Shown: positions 16,515 through 31,100 of the stretch, piece by piece
Layout of the letters: every line of letters starts with the position of its first letter
Numbering within the stretch: position 1 is the first letter of the stretch
Position numbers and translations under genes: made by a program
Source: Eledone cirrhosa
Lineage: Eukaryota
DNA length: 64,000 nt
Direction of reading: 5' to 3'
Assembly (NCBI GenBank): GCA_964016885.1
Contig: OZ024749.1
Coordinates: 1,674,001 to 1,738,000, forward strand
Notes under the pieces: model-generated
The model's input: only the letters and a program-made list of their open reading frames with translations
The model's database searches: none
What the model was told of the DNA's origin: nothing

Positions 16515-18884
16515 TCATCATCATCATCATCATCGTTTAACGTCCATCTTCCACGCTAGCATGGGTTTAGACGGGAATTGTCCCACTTGAGGCAAGATTG
16601 GTTGTCTCCCTCATATAGGACTATCTGGCAGGTTTTCTATGGCTGGATGCCCTTCCTAACACCAACCACGTTTACAGTGTGGACTGGGAGGTTTTTACTG
16701 TGTTACCTACAGTGTGTTTTTTTTGCTGTGACACCTACACGACCTCATTTATTTAGGACTGGATGTTGTGGTACCAACATAACTTTACAGAAAAAGGGGT
16801 GGTATTGAGGGATGGGGGTGTATATTTGGTTAAGAGGTGCCTACTGACTGTAGGTTTCGCTTTGTACTTAGGCAAGGCAGGTCTTCTGTATTACTGCATA
16901 GCGTCAAAGATCTCGGTCCAGTGACATTGTCTTAAGAGGTGTAAGTGTGTAAGGTCGGAATTTATCAAATCGTCCCAGGTTTTTCTGGGTCTGCCTACTC
17001 CGTAACTTCCATCAATTTTGATCACCCTGCACTTTTTTATACAGCTGTCGCCTTTTATGCGCATCACGTGACCATACCAACGTAGTCTTCTCTCTAGTAA
17101 ACAGCATCTGATCCCTCTTATTCCTAATTTCTCACTTAGTTCATTTATGCTTTGCTGTTCACGTATATTACTATTACACATCCAACGGAGCATGCATGCT
17201 TCGTTCCTCTTCAGTGTGCGCAGATCCTCTGCACACACTGCCCATGTCTCATGGCCATGTAACATTGCTGTTCGTATGCAGTCATTATACAGTCTGCCTT
17301 TCATTTTTAGAGAGAGACCTTTTGTGGCCAACATCGGTATAAGCTCTCTGAACTTTTTCCATCCCGTTCTGACTCTGACTCTGGCTACTGTACTTTCAGA
17401 GCACCGTCCACCATTGCTGATTTTGTCACCCAGGTAATGGAAGGTGTCTACTATTTCTATAGAGCCAACTGGGCAATAGAAGGAGCTAGTATCCTGTGAG
17501 CACTTGCTACTTATTGCACCTGAACACCGGCCACATATAAAATCTACGTTCTTAGATAGCTTACCTGTGATCCCACTACATCTTTTATGCACCCATACTT
17601 TGCATTTGGGACATAAAATGGAATTTCTGCCTACTCCTTTCCTACACACTGCGCGTAGCCATTTCCCAGAGGGGACCTGTGCCCTATTTTCCTTCCTACA
17701 TACTAGAACTTTAGTCTTAGACAAGTTAACTTTAAGGCCTTTTGATTCTAGGCCATGCTTCCATGTTTGGAATTTCTTCTCTAGTTCAGCCATCGATTCA
17801 GCTATGAGAGTTAGATCATCTGCATATAGAAGTTCCCATGGGCAGCCGGTCTTGAACTTCTCTGTGTAGCCTGAAGGGCAATAATAAATAGGAGGGGGCT
17901 AAGGACAGAGCCCTGATGAACACCAACTTTTATGCTAAATTCTTCACTATATTCGTTGTTAATTCTAACCTTGCTGACTGTTTCTTGATACATGGCTTGT
18001 ATAGCTCTCACAAGCCATTTATCAACACCTAGTTTTCTAAGGGCCCACCAGATAATGACGTGGGGGACTCTGTCAAAGGCTTTCTCCAAGTCAACAAAAG
18101 CTAAGTATAGGGGTTTACTTTTAGCTAGGTACTTCTCCTGTAGTTGTCGTATAAGGAAAAGGGCATCTGGTACTTTTACCTGACACAAACCCAAACTGTA
18201 TTTCATCTAGATCAACTCGCTCTCTGATTAGTTGCGCTATAACTTTTTCTGGGACCTTCATGACCTGGTCAATTAATTTAATGCCTCTATAGTTTCCCCT
18301 ATCTAGGGCATCTCCCTTACTCTTGTAGCAGTTAATGGTGCTGCTGCTACGCCAGTCATTTGGTATGACCCTGTTCTGTATGACTTGGTTTACTATCCGG
18401 GTGACCATAGTGTGTCCCACCATTCCAGATGCTTTCAGCATTTCAGCAACTATCTCTGAAGGCCCAGCTGTCTTGCCCGTCTTCATATCTTTGATTGCCT
18501 TACTTTTTCTGCTAACATAATTCCTACTCCACCCAGCACATTGTCATTTCCCACCCAGAAAAGTTTATAGCATCGTTTTTTACCCACAATGAATCTAGCA
18601 GACCCACCCCTCCATCTGGTCTCTTGAACACAGCAAACATTGACTTCCTTAAGTTCAAGCATCTCTACAACCTCGTTAGAGCGACCTTTTAAAGTGCTCA
18701 CATTCATGGTACCAACTCTGAAGTTTTGGATTGCGTTTGGTGGGTGGAAGGGATGGGTTGGAGGTGCAGGGAGGGGTGAGGGAGATGGGGTTATGTTAGC
18801 CATCCGCGGCCAAAATAAAGAGAAGTCCTTGCATTCTCGTCTGGCAGAAGGAGGTGAATTTATCTTTATCTTTGACATTGTCAA
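16515..18884 (-). mobile_element. RTE LINE family A copy with APE N-terminus, internal deletion and frameshifted RT
   Basis: APE motifs VGTMNV, CVQETRW, GVGI joined directly to KAIKDMKTGK at ~18500; RT, PHD-like finger and (GAT)n tail. Confidence 0.92.
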
Positions 18885-19396
18885 TGAGTGTCCAGATTCT
18901 TCAGACTCTCCAGAATTCTATAGTCCATCTATCATATCAAAAATCAACCAGGTCTAAACTTAAGGAGTGATAGCTGAGGCGGTGGTTTTGTGAAAGAGAT
19001 TGGTAAGAGAAACATATTATAGGCCGCTGAATTATGATTGGACCAAATAATAATGGTGGCGTGTGGGAGGCGGGGGATATGGGGAAGTTAACTAGAAGGT
19101 TATTTTTATAATAAACCCCTGCAAATTCGACCATAATTAAACGAGCATATAACAGTAAAGAGAAGATTGTTTTGAGGGTCTGACAGAATTATGGGAGTTT
19201 AAAATGCAAGAAGATTGTTTTTGAAGGTCTGACAGAATTATCAAATAACATTGAAAAGATTGGATCCTAAGTTAAACGGGCGATATAATACTGATAGGTA
19301 GATGGACTAGGAAAACATTGGAGAGACATGAAAAATAGGGTGAAATACATTACATTTCTCAAAAGCAAGCATTCAGCCAAGATAAGGGATCGATAA

Positions 19397-19454
<58 letters not shown>

Positions 19455-20014
19455 ACCCTTGCAAGCAGGGAAAAGTGGACATAAAATGATATATATACTA
19501 ACCAAATTAAAGATGTCATGTCTGAGAAAATGAGAAACATGCAACATACGACCTGTAGAAGCTGAAAGATTCCAAGGAATAAATACGAGCTTTTATTAAA
19601 AATGAAATTAAAAGTCAATTGACATTTATATAAAATAAACACATCAAACCTTGACAGGGGATAATTTGTAAAGAGTGTAAATACACATAGTTACTGAGGT
19701 AACATATTAAAATTTAATGAGAACTTTGAATATGGATTCCTTGTAATAATGATTAATCTCCTTTGTATATATTCTATTAAAGAAATATATTTCACATTAA
19801 TCAGTGAATGATAGATGTTAAAATCGTGGAGAGGATTTGAAACTATTTTTGACTACACCCTTAGGACAAATCAAGGAGTAACGAAGAAATGCACATATAG
19901 CTTGGAAAATAAACCCCACCCCTTCTCTCTCTCTGATAATTGCGAAGGCCAGATGCAGATATTCATAATTCCTATAACAGAAATATAACAAATATATACA
20001 TACATATGTGTGTA

Positions 20015-20430
20015 TCATCATCATCATCGTTTAACGTCTATCTTCCACGCTAGCATGGGTTTAGACGGGAATTGTCCCACTTGAGGCAAGATTGGTTGTC
20101 TTGCTCGTATAGGACTGTCTGGCAGGTTTTCTACGGCTGGATGCCCTTCCTAACACCACATTTACAGTGTGGACTGGGAGGTTTTTACCGTGCTACCTAC
20201 ACGGCCACATTACAGCGTGGACTGTGTTTTTTTGTCGTGACACCTACACGACCTCACTTATTTAGGACTGAATGTTGTGGTACCAACATAACTTTACAGT
20301 GAAAGGGGTGGTGTTGATGGGGGTGGGAGAATTGGGGTAGTGGGATGGGGGTGTATTTTTGATTAAGAGGTGCTTACTGACTGTAGGTTTCCCTTTGTAC
20401 TTAGGCAAGGCGGGTCTTCTGTATTACTGA
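20015..20430 (-). mobile_element. RTE family A 3'UTR fragment
   Basis: Matches 16515-16895. Confidence 0.85.
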
Positions 20431-20801
20431 AACAAATATAGATATTACATATCTACATTTGTTTCATAGTCCTCAGGCCTTAGTGTTTACAAGTGACGTG
20501 TGTGTATGCCTATGTGTGTGTGTATGCCTATGTGTCTATGTATATGTGTATGGCTATGTGAGTATGTGTGTATGCATATGTGTGTATGTATGTGTGTGTA
20601 TGCCTATGCATGCATGCATGTATGTGTGTGTATGGTTATGTGTATATGTGTGTGTATGCCTATGTGTATGTATGTGTATGGCTATGTGTACAAATGGATT
20701 TAAATTGTAAATAAATTGATGAAAATAAATATCAGTTTGAGTATTTCACAGTCTGTTGTAAATATTTGAATGGTTTTAAAATAGAAATGTTTCTATTTTA
20801 G

Positions 20802-20930
20802 GATGTTGAAAATATGGACGAGAAATTGTCAAAATTAAAGACTTCTTTGAAGGAGAAAGATGATCTAAACACCAAATTGAAGGCACTTGCTGTTAAAAGC
20901 AAGAAACACATTGAAGAGTTAAAGGGTCAG
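20802..20930 (+). CDS. GCC2: GCC2 exon A (DVENMDEK...IEELKGQ), phase 0/0
   Basis: ttttag|GATGTT ... GGTCAG|gtatgt; 129 nt. Confidence 0.88.
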
Positions 20931-23900
20931 GTATGTCAACAAAACTGGACTTTGTGTAGTGGACACAGCAATTATCAGGTCATGAGTTCAATCGCACTGT
21001 GGCATCTTGGTCAAGTGTTACCATAGGTACAGGTTGACGTCTTGGCAGTGAAATTGTGTAGATCAGTGTTTCCCAACCCTTTTCATGCCTGCACCCCTAA
21101 ACATTTTTTAATATGATCTTGCACCCCTTTAAAAAGTAATAATTTATTTTAGGATAAAGGCAAATTAATATCAATTTGCATTGGAAAACACTGTATTACA
21201 AAGTATGCACTGGGGTTTGTGCAAATCCTCATTTTTCCTGTGAAACCAAAACACAGTCACCATTCCATTTTTACATGATGAAGGGTTAATGTGATTAAAT
21301 ATAAATTATTAAAAAGTTAAGAATTATAATTGGAAAAAAAAGAAATAAAAATATGGATAAGGTTGATTGGAGGAAACACAGAGAACCTAACATACTGACA
21401 ATAATACCATTAAATCTACCGACAATAATACCCTTAAATCTACCGGCAATAATACCCTTAAATCTACCGACAATAATACCATTAAACCTACTGACAAAAA
21501 TAGCATTAAATCTACCAACAATACCATTAAATCTACCAACAATAATACCATTAAATCTACCGACAATAATACCATTAAATCTACCAACAATACCATTAAA
21601 TCTACCAACAATAATACCATTAAATCTACCAGCAATAATACCATTAAATCTACCAACAATAAAACCATTAAATCTACCGACAATAATACCATTAAATCTA
21701 CCAACAATAATACCATTAAATCTACCAACAATAATACCATTAAATCTACCAACAATAATACCATTAAATCTACCAACAATAATACCATTAAATCTACCAA
21801 CAATAATACCATTAAATCTACCAACAATAATACCATTAAATCTACCAATAAAACCATTAAATCTACCGACAATAATACCATTAAATCTACCGACAATAAA
21901 ACCATTAAATCTACCAACAATAATACCATTAAATCTACCAACAATAATACCATTAAATCTACCAACAATAATACCATTAAATCTACCAACAATAATACCA
22001 TTAAATCTACCAACAATAATACCATTAAATCTACCAACAATAATACCATTAAATCTACCAACAATAATACCATTAAATCTACCAATAAAACCATTAAATC
22101 TACCAACAATAATACCATTAAATCTACCAACAATAATACCATTAAATCTACCAACAATAATACCATTAAATCTACCAACAATAATACCATTAAATCTACC
22201 AATAAAAACATTAAATCTACCAACAATAATACCATTAAATCTACCAACAATAATACCATTAAATCTACCAACAATAATACCATTAAATCTACCAACAATA
22301 ATACCATTAAATCTACCAACAATAATACCATTAAATCTACCAACAATAATACCATTAAATCTACCAATAAAACCATTAAATCTACCAACAATAATACCAT
22401 TAAATCTACCAATAAAACCATTAAATCTACCAACAATAATACCATTAAATCTACCAACAATAATACCATTAAATCTACCAACAATAATACCATTAAATCT
22501 ACCAACAATAATACCATTAAATCTACCAACAATAATACCATTAAATCTACCAACAATAATACCATTAAATCTACCAATAAAACCATTAAATCTACCAACA
22601 ATAATACCATTAAATCTACCAACAATAATACCATTAAATCTACCAACAATAATACCATTAAATCTACCAATAAAACCATTAAATCTACCAACAATAATAC
22701 CATTAAATCTACCAACAATAATACCATTAAATCTACCAACAATAATACCATTAAATCTACCAACAATAATACCATTAAATCTACCAACAATAATACCATT
22801 AAATCTACCAACAATAATACCATTAAATCTACCAACAATAATACCATTAAATCTACCAACAATAATACCATTAAATCTACCAACAATAATACCATTAAAT
22901 CTACCAACAATAATACCATTAAATCTACCAACAATAATACCATTAAATCTACCAACAATAATACCATTAAATCTACCAATAATACCATTAAATCTACCAA
23001 CAATAATACCATTAAATCTACCAACAATAATACCATTAAATCTACCAATTAAACCATTAAATCTACCAACAATAATACCATTAAATCTACCAACAATAAT
23101 ACCATTAAATCTACCAATAATACCATTAAATCTACCAACAATAATACCATTAAATCTACCAACAATAATACCATTAAATCTACCAACAATAATACCATTA
23201 AATCTACCAACAATAATACCATTAAATCTACCAATAATACCATTAAATCTACCAATAATACCATTAAATCTACCAACAATAATACCATTAAATCTACCGA
23301 CAATAATGCCATTAAATCTACCGACAATAATACCATTAAATCTACCAATAATACCATTAAATCTACCAATAATACCATTAAATCTACCAATAATACCATT
23401 AAATCTACCAATAATACCATTAAATCTACCAACAATAATACCATTAAATCTACCAACAATAATACCATTAAATCTACCAACAATAATACCATTAAATCTA
23501 CCAACAATAATACCATTAAATCCTATAATAAATATTACAATAATACTATTAATAATAAACAAATACTTGAATGCTACCTGACACCCCTTGGTTGGGAAAC
23601 CCTGGGGTAGATGGAGTCTATCTGGAAGCCTGTTGGGTGGACTGTACCAGTAACTGAAAGTGGCCTTATTGTACACTGTCACATTGAATTATGTTAAAGA
23701 TATATGTGTCTGCAGAATGCTCAGCCACTTAAACATTAATTTCATAAGTAGGTTGTATTGTTGATTAAACAACGAGAACACTTGTTGAATCTGATGGACA
23801 TCCATTTCCTCTTCTTTGTATAGTTCATCTCTGGTACCCTCTGTCTGATAAAACTGTGTATAAGTACATATCATGTGGGTGTCTAATGTGGGACGGGTCC

Positions 23901-26900
23901 TTAAACTGCCTTTGAGATACAACTTTGTAGGAGGTTAGTTAAACTGACAATGATTCTCAACATATTTAAACATTTTGATATTAAGCCACCTGACACCTCA
24001 TTAATATAAAATCTGTTGTGTGGCCTTGATTTAGTTGAGAAAATATCTTTAAAATGTGTGGTGGTGTTGGTTTCATTGGTGTGTGTTTGTCTTTTTTCGT
24101 AATTTTCCAGATACAAAGATTAAAAGATGAGAAACTATCGTTGGAGAAGAGTGTGAAGGATTCTTATGAAAAGTTGTGTCAATTTGAGAACCAAAACATC
24201 AATTCAGGAATATTATCCACTAATTATGCTGTAAGTTTCTATATTTGGTCAAGTGTACTGTCCATTAAGTTTCTATATTTCACTCCAAATATTTATATTT
24301 TTCTTGTCTGTTTTTGGTACAACAGGTAAACATAACATTTATACAATCATTGGCCCTTGATGTACACTGCTGTCTATATTATGAGGGTTATCTGACCCCT
24401 TGATGTACACTGCTATCTATAGGTCATCAATTTATAACGAAAAGAGAGTTAAATGCCTATTAATACCTTTTGAGTAATTACAGGTTGAAACATTTATAGA
24501 CCTTGTTTATCACAAACATTGTATGATTTAATTCCTTTAAGAGGTGGCCTTGAGGAAATACCTTGATCAGTGTGGTCCTGGTTTATTTACTTGCAGTGAC
24601 AGGCTTCTGACATCCATATATAAATAATTGTTTTTTAACACTCAATTTAACACTCCAGTGTAAAGTCTATCTTTTCTGTTAGTCTACTAAATATCTTGTC
24701 AACTTATGTTATCTACACATATAGTTATTTATATGGTATGTAGATTTAGTCTGTGTAATGTGTGTATAATCTATATAAAAAAATACTATAAAACAGATTT
24801 CCAGAGTCTTGCTCTGATTACTAATATAATAAATTCCTTTAATGATAATTTTATCAAAACTCTTGTGCTGTTATTTTTTGTGTACAAATATAAGCCCTAC
24901 CCCGAAAATAAGCCCTAGTGCATTTTTTTAAAGGAAAAATAATTGTTTCTACTTTTGGCACAAGGCCAGCAAATTACCCAGTGTATTACTGGTACTTTAT
25001 TTTATCGACACCGTAAGGATGAAAGGCAAAGTTAACCTCGGCGGGATTTGAACTCAGAATGGCAAGGGCCGTAACTCTATGCGTCAAAGCATGGCGTCCG
25101 ACCCTCTACCGATAATGGGGGAAAACATGGTATTTAGAGTATATTTCTATTGTAAAAATATCAATGAAGCTTCTTTCTCATAAACTTTAAACACATTTGT
25201 TAATTTATATTTGCTGGGTATTTTTGTAGTATTTGCAGCAAAAATATGACAAACTACATTTATATTTAATGGGTGTTTTGCAGTGTTTACAACAAGAATA
25301 TGACAAACTACATGACATCTGGGAGGAGGAGAAGAAGAAATCTGAGAGTGTGGAGAAGGATTTGCAACAAAGTGTATCTGAACTAACTGATCTCAAAATA
25401 AAACATATCACCTTGAAGGAGGACAAGGACAACATCAACCAACACTTAGACGCCTCATTGGCTGATAATAAAGTAAGATTCACACAAAACAGAGTTTCTA
25501 CTTCATCATTATTATTGTTGTTATCACCTTTGTTGTCATCATTAACATCACTGCTGAAGCTGCTGCTGTTGCTACCACTACCACCACCACCATCACAACC
25601 ACTGCAACTTCTGCCACCATCACCAACACACACCAACACTGCCACCACCACCACCACCACCACCACCATCACCAACACTGCCACCACCACCAACAGTGCC
25701 ACCACCATCACCACCACCACCACTACAATCATCACCAACATTGTCACCTCCACCATCACCACCACTACAATCATCACCAACACTGCCACCATTGTCACCT
25801 CCATCACCACCACTACAATCATCACCACCACCACCATCATCGTCACCAATTATCCATTTAGTTTTCTTTATATATCTCTTTATATATCTTCTTTATATAT
25901 CTCTACTGATTCTACGTCCCCCGATGCATTTAGCATCTCGGCAACTATCCCCGATGGTCCAGCAGCCTTACCATTTTTCATTTCCTTAATCGCATCGTGG
26001 ACTCTATATTCGTCAATCTCAATAGCTGGTCCTTCTGTCGGATCTACTGAGGGTAATTTCTCTCTCTCCCAGTCGTTCTCCACATTCATCAGTCTCTCAT
26101 AATAACATTTCCAGGCCTCCTTTTTCTGATCATTCGTGACATTAAGTACACCGGCATCATTTCAGATACATTTATCTCCAACAACATCCTAATTTGCATT
26201 GACACACTGCCTTGCAATGTGGAACACCGCACACCTCTGATCTTGCCATCGCTAAGTACACCTGATGCTAAGTACACCTGACGTCTAGCTTCTCTCTCAG
26301 CGGCTGTATATCCTTCCCTACTCCCACCCTTTTTCCAAGCCTTCCATGCTAGTTTTTTGTCTCTAATGGCCTTATCTACTGTGCTGTCCACCACCAGGTC
26401 ACTCTCTGTCTGGTTGGAGCTCTGCTCCAGCCACAAGTTTCATCAGTAGCCTGCAGTAAGTTGTCACGTAAGAAATTCCAGTTATTATCTATGTCATACG
26501 TCTCTAAATCGTCTTCTTTTTCGTCATACACATCTTGAAGGGCTTTCCTAAATTTGTATTTTAGTGAAAGGTCTTTTAGCTTCCAGACCTTTCTTCTCCA
26601 TACCTTCCTGTATGTCTCATTCCATCTCTTGCTTACTGAGATATCACTAACGACTAACCTATGATGTGGGGAACATTCTTCCCCAGGGTATGCCTTGGTA
26701 TTAGACACTATCTGCCTAACTAGTAAGAAGTCAATCTGGCTTATGTGCTCGCCTGATTTGTAGGTTATTAGGTGGTTGGCAGGTTTCTGGAAGTTAGTGT
26801 ACTTGCATCACAAAATTCAAGAAGCCTCACTCCTTCATTTCTTGAGCTGTAACCATGCCCACCATGTACCCCAGTGTAACCATCATGGAGCTGTCCAACA

Positions 26901-28102
26901 TGACCATTGAAGTCCCCTGCTAGCATAACGATATCTCCATCCTCTGTCATTGCGGTTGTTTGTAAAAGTTGCTCGTAAAAGCAGTCTTTCTCTTCTTTGC
27001 CTAGGCCTGCTTGGGGAGCATAGGCAGAGATGATTGTCAGTAGTCTCCTGCTTACAACTAATCTAAGCTTAATTATTCGATTACTAACTCGAACTACCTC
27101 TATTGTCTTATTGATCCATCTCTCAGCCAGGAAAATGCATACTCCCTCTAACCCATCATCCTTACCTACCCAGAAAAGCCTATAGCTAAGATGTTTGCCT
27201 ACGACTAGTCTCACAGAGGCACCTCTCCATCTCACCTCTTGCACGCAGCACACATCCACATGCTTTCACTCCAGCATCTCCGCTATTTCAGCAGATCTAC
27301 CTCTGAGAGTGCCAACATTAAGTGTTGCAACTCTGAGATGTCTTCATATTTTGTTGTTCCTAACTTACTTGTTGCTGATAAATCGTTTTGGCATTGATAC
27401 ACTGGTTGGATGCCCTATATATATATCCCTTTATATATCATCATCATCATCATCACCGTTTTACGTCCGTTCTTCCACGCTAGCATGGGTTAGACGGGTT
27501 GTCCTGTTGTGGGCAGTGTCTGGTCGGCTGACCATGCCTTGCTCATACAGGAACTGATCTGGCTTGATTTCTACAGCTGGATGCCCTTCCTAACACCAAC
27601 CTCATTTACAGTGAGTGCTGGGTGCTTTTTCGTGGCGCCTACACGTCCACTTTACAGTGTGGGCTGGGTGCTTTTTTGCCGTGGCACCTCCACGACCACC
27701 TTGCGGTGGGGGGGGGGGGGGGGGGGGCATATTGTTTATATTGTGCATATTGTTTATATTGTGCATATTGTGCATATTGTATATATATAAAGTAAAGCAA
27801 TGGAGTAAAGGACTCGCATTTATCCCTGTAATTTAATCAGGGACATATCGACTTAACACATACTGATGATCCATAGGCTGAATTGGTTCCTTCACTAATT
27901 TATGGTGAAATATTCTCCTAGTGAGTCTGTACATGTGTGATTTAGTTATTAAGGTTGGTTAATTCATTTTAATTTAATTTATACTTTTAATTATAATATA
28001 TTCCCTAAACCTTTCGTAGTTTGTGTTTTTTGACTAGTAGTCTTATACCCCCCCCCCCCCCTAATTGAAAACCCATTCGCTTGTGTTTTTTCCTCTCTAT
28101 AT

Positions 28103-28137
<35 letters not shown>

Positions 28138-31100
28138 CATCATTGTCATCATCATTATCTTGTATGTCCGCTTTTCCTTGCTTGCAAGAGTGGGACAGGG
28201 CATCTTCTGCACAGCTTCTCTCCATTTGTCACGTTCCTTCGTCATCTCCTCTGTGAGCTTCAGTGATCTGAGATCAGCTCTCACCACCTCTGCCCTATCT
28301 TTTTCATGGTCTTCTTCTACTGCATCTTCCTTCCACATATAAAGATAGATATATCTCCATGTTTCAGTCACTAGAAAGTCAAATCAATGAATTGAACTCC
28401 AAACTAAATCTATTGGAGAAAGACAAAGATTCTCAGAGAATTCAGAAAGAGGAAATCTTGAAAGAAAAACAAGAGGTAATTTCTTCTATATTCATTGTTG
28501 GTCATCTTAAACCTCTTTCACACCATATTTCTAATGACTAATCCTGCCTTTCAATCAAATAATAATTTGGAGAGATTTACTAAAACTATTAATTGTGACA
28601 TTATTAAGATAGTATTTGTAACAACTGTATCATCATCATATTTGTTTACCATCTGTTTTCCCTGTTGGCAATGGATGAATGTATCATCACAGACCCATCA
28701 GTATTCAAACCAAGCCACTGATTTGGGACATATGATCCTGCGCTTTACCAGGTGTATTTTATTGTGGTACAAACACTAGGGAAGTTGTCATATCCTTGAC
28801 AGTTCAAGAGTCATTTCAACCCTTTGTTCGGCATGTTTTCTATGGCTGGGTGCCCTTCCCATCATCAACTTACTTTACAAAGTCTACTGGATGTGTTTAT
28901 CTCCTAGGTCACCAAAACTAGGGAGGCTGTCATATCCTTGACACAACTGAAGGGTCTTCCAAACCCTTTAATTGGCAAGCTTTCTATGGCTGATTGCCCT
29001 TCAGCCACATTACAAAGTGTGTTTATCCTGTCACTAACACTAAGAAGGATGTCATGTCTATAGCATAATTGAAGAGCCTCCACCCAACCCTTTGTTATAG
29101 AAATTATGTTGGAAGATTTTAATTTAAATTGTAACCCTTAAAATTGAGTGGTTGTCTTTCATGGAACCAGAGGCAGTTTTTTGTGGGTTAGTATCAAAAT
29201 GGTTAATCTGTCTCCCAGTTTAACTCTACTATCCTGAGCAAGCGAAACCACATTAGCTAGACATCTTGAAAAGTATAAAACATTTTAAGTCTTTATTTTC
29301 ATACTGCAATTTTTCACAACTATCTGTCTTTTAGTAAAAATACTAGAAACATTTGAATTAACAAACCTGTTTTTAGATGTGTTCTGCTAAATCATTACAG
29401 GATGTTAAGGGCTAACACCAACACCTAGACCTTAAGTACCTTTAGTAGTGATTGGTCCAGGTCTCACGGATTAAGGGCTCATCCCTGTCTTCTTCCATTT
29501 CTTGGAGGCCTTGAAAAGGGTCATGGGCACTTCTTGAATAAAATAGTCCAGTGATTTTGAGTGTTGAAGAACAGGCTTGCTTTTGGGTCCATAGGAGTGC
29601 AGAGAAGGGGTAGGGGTACTCATTTACAACTCCCCTCCTGACTCCCTGTTGGCTCTTGAGGCCCCAGACCAATGTAACTGTTTCTGAAGGTTAGTACTAT
29701 ACATTGAAGTATGTGTGTTTTATAAGTGTAGTAAAGATGGATCCTTATTTGGCACTTTGGGCTTTGGATTGAACTATATTGTTACCCCCCCATCTCATCA
29801 CCCTGGCAAAGTGTGGTTTTATCTGTGTGTGTGGTGGTTTGAAATGAAATACCTAATAAAAGAATCTGGTTATCCTTTTCTCCAGATTGATGCCAAAGTT
29901 CTTGACCTTGAGAATCAACTGAAGACTGCTAATGCAGAGAAGTCCAAGTCTCTTAATAAATTACAGGAACAATTGCAGACAGCTAAAATAGTAAGTTCTA
30001 CCATTTTCTATAATTTCTATTATTAAACTTTATTTTTGTATTTTTTAATTTCATTAACCCTTTCATTACCATATTTCTAATGAAAGACACTGTTTATGTC
30101 ATTAACTCTTTCATTACCATATTTCTAATGAAAGACACTACCTATGTCATTAACCCTTTCATTACCATATTTCTAATGAAAGACACTGTCTATGTCATTA
30201 ACCCTTTCATTACCATATTTCTAATGAAAGACACTGTCTATGTCATTAATCCTTTCATTAGCATATTTCTAATGAAAGACACTGTCTATGTCATTAACCC
30301 TTTCATTACCACATTTCTAATGAAAGACACTGTCTATGTCATTAACCCTTTCATTACCATATTTCTAATGAAAGACACTGTCTATGTCATTAACCCTTTC
30401 ATTACCATATTTCTAATGAAAGACTGTCTATGCCATTAACCCTTTCATTAGCATATTTCTAATGAAAGACACTGTCTATGCCATTAACCCTTTCATTAGC
30501 ATATTTCTAATGAAAGACACTACCTATGATTTTCAAATAATTTCTTACATAATGAAGAATTTTAAGGATTCAGTAACATAACTAATTTTTTCATCATTAA
30601 ACTGGTGTTTGGAACTTAGAGTTTCTTGTTTGAAATTATCATGGAAGGTTTTTAGTGTTAGGAAGGTATTGACGCCATTTCAAAAAGGGTTGAAAGGACC
30701 CTCCAGTCATGAAATGGCAACCTTTCTAGGGATGCTGACATGAAAATGCTCCTAGAACTCTTTGTAAGGTGGTTGGTGATAGGAAGGGCATTCAGCTGTA
30801 GAAACCATGCTGAAAAAATGTTGAGAGAACTCTTCAGCTGTCAAACACGACAACCTTACTAGAGTTGGTGATCTCCATGATAAATACACCCAGTAAACTC
30901 TATAAAATGGTGGTGATCAGAAGGCTGCCCAGTCATAGAAAACCTGCCAAACAAAGGCAAGACAGGGTTTCTACTGCTGGTGCCATGATAAAATACACTT
31001 GGTAGAACGTAGGAGCATATGTAATTGAGACACAGGCCCCTTGTCTATCTGAGCATTCTGTAGAGTGTGAGAACGTAAATAAGCAAGATATGGCATATCT

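Noticed and set aside
21295-23682. 742-aa and 795-aa repeat proteins as genes
   Set aside because: Minisatellite inside a hAT MITE within an intron; no synonymous-site pattern. Kept only as a curiosity.
25473-25850. Thr-rich mucin-like extension of exon C
   Set aside because: Lies past the GTAAGA donor in a (CAC/CAT)n low-complexity tract.
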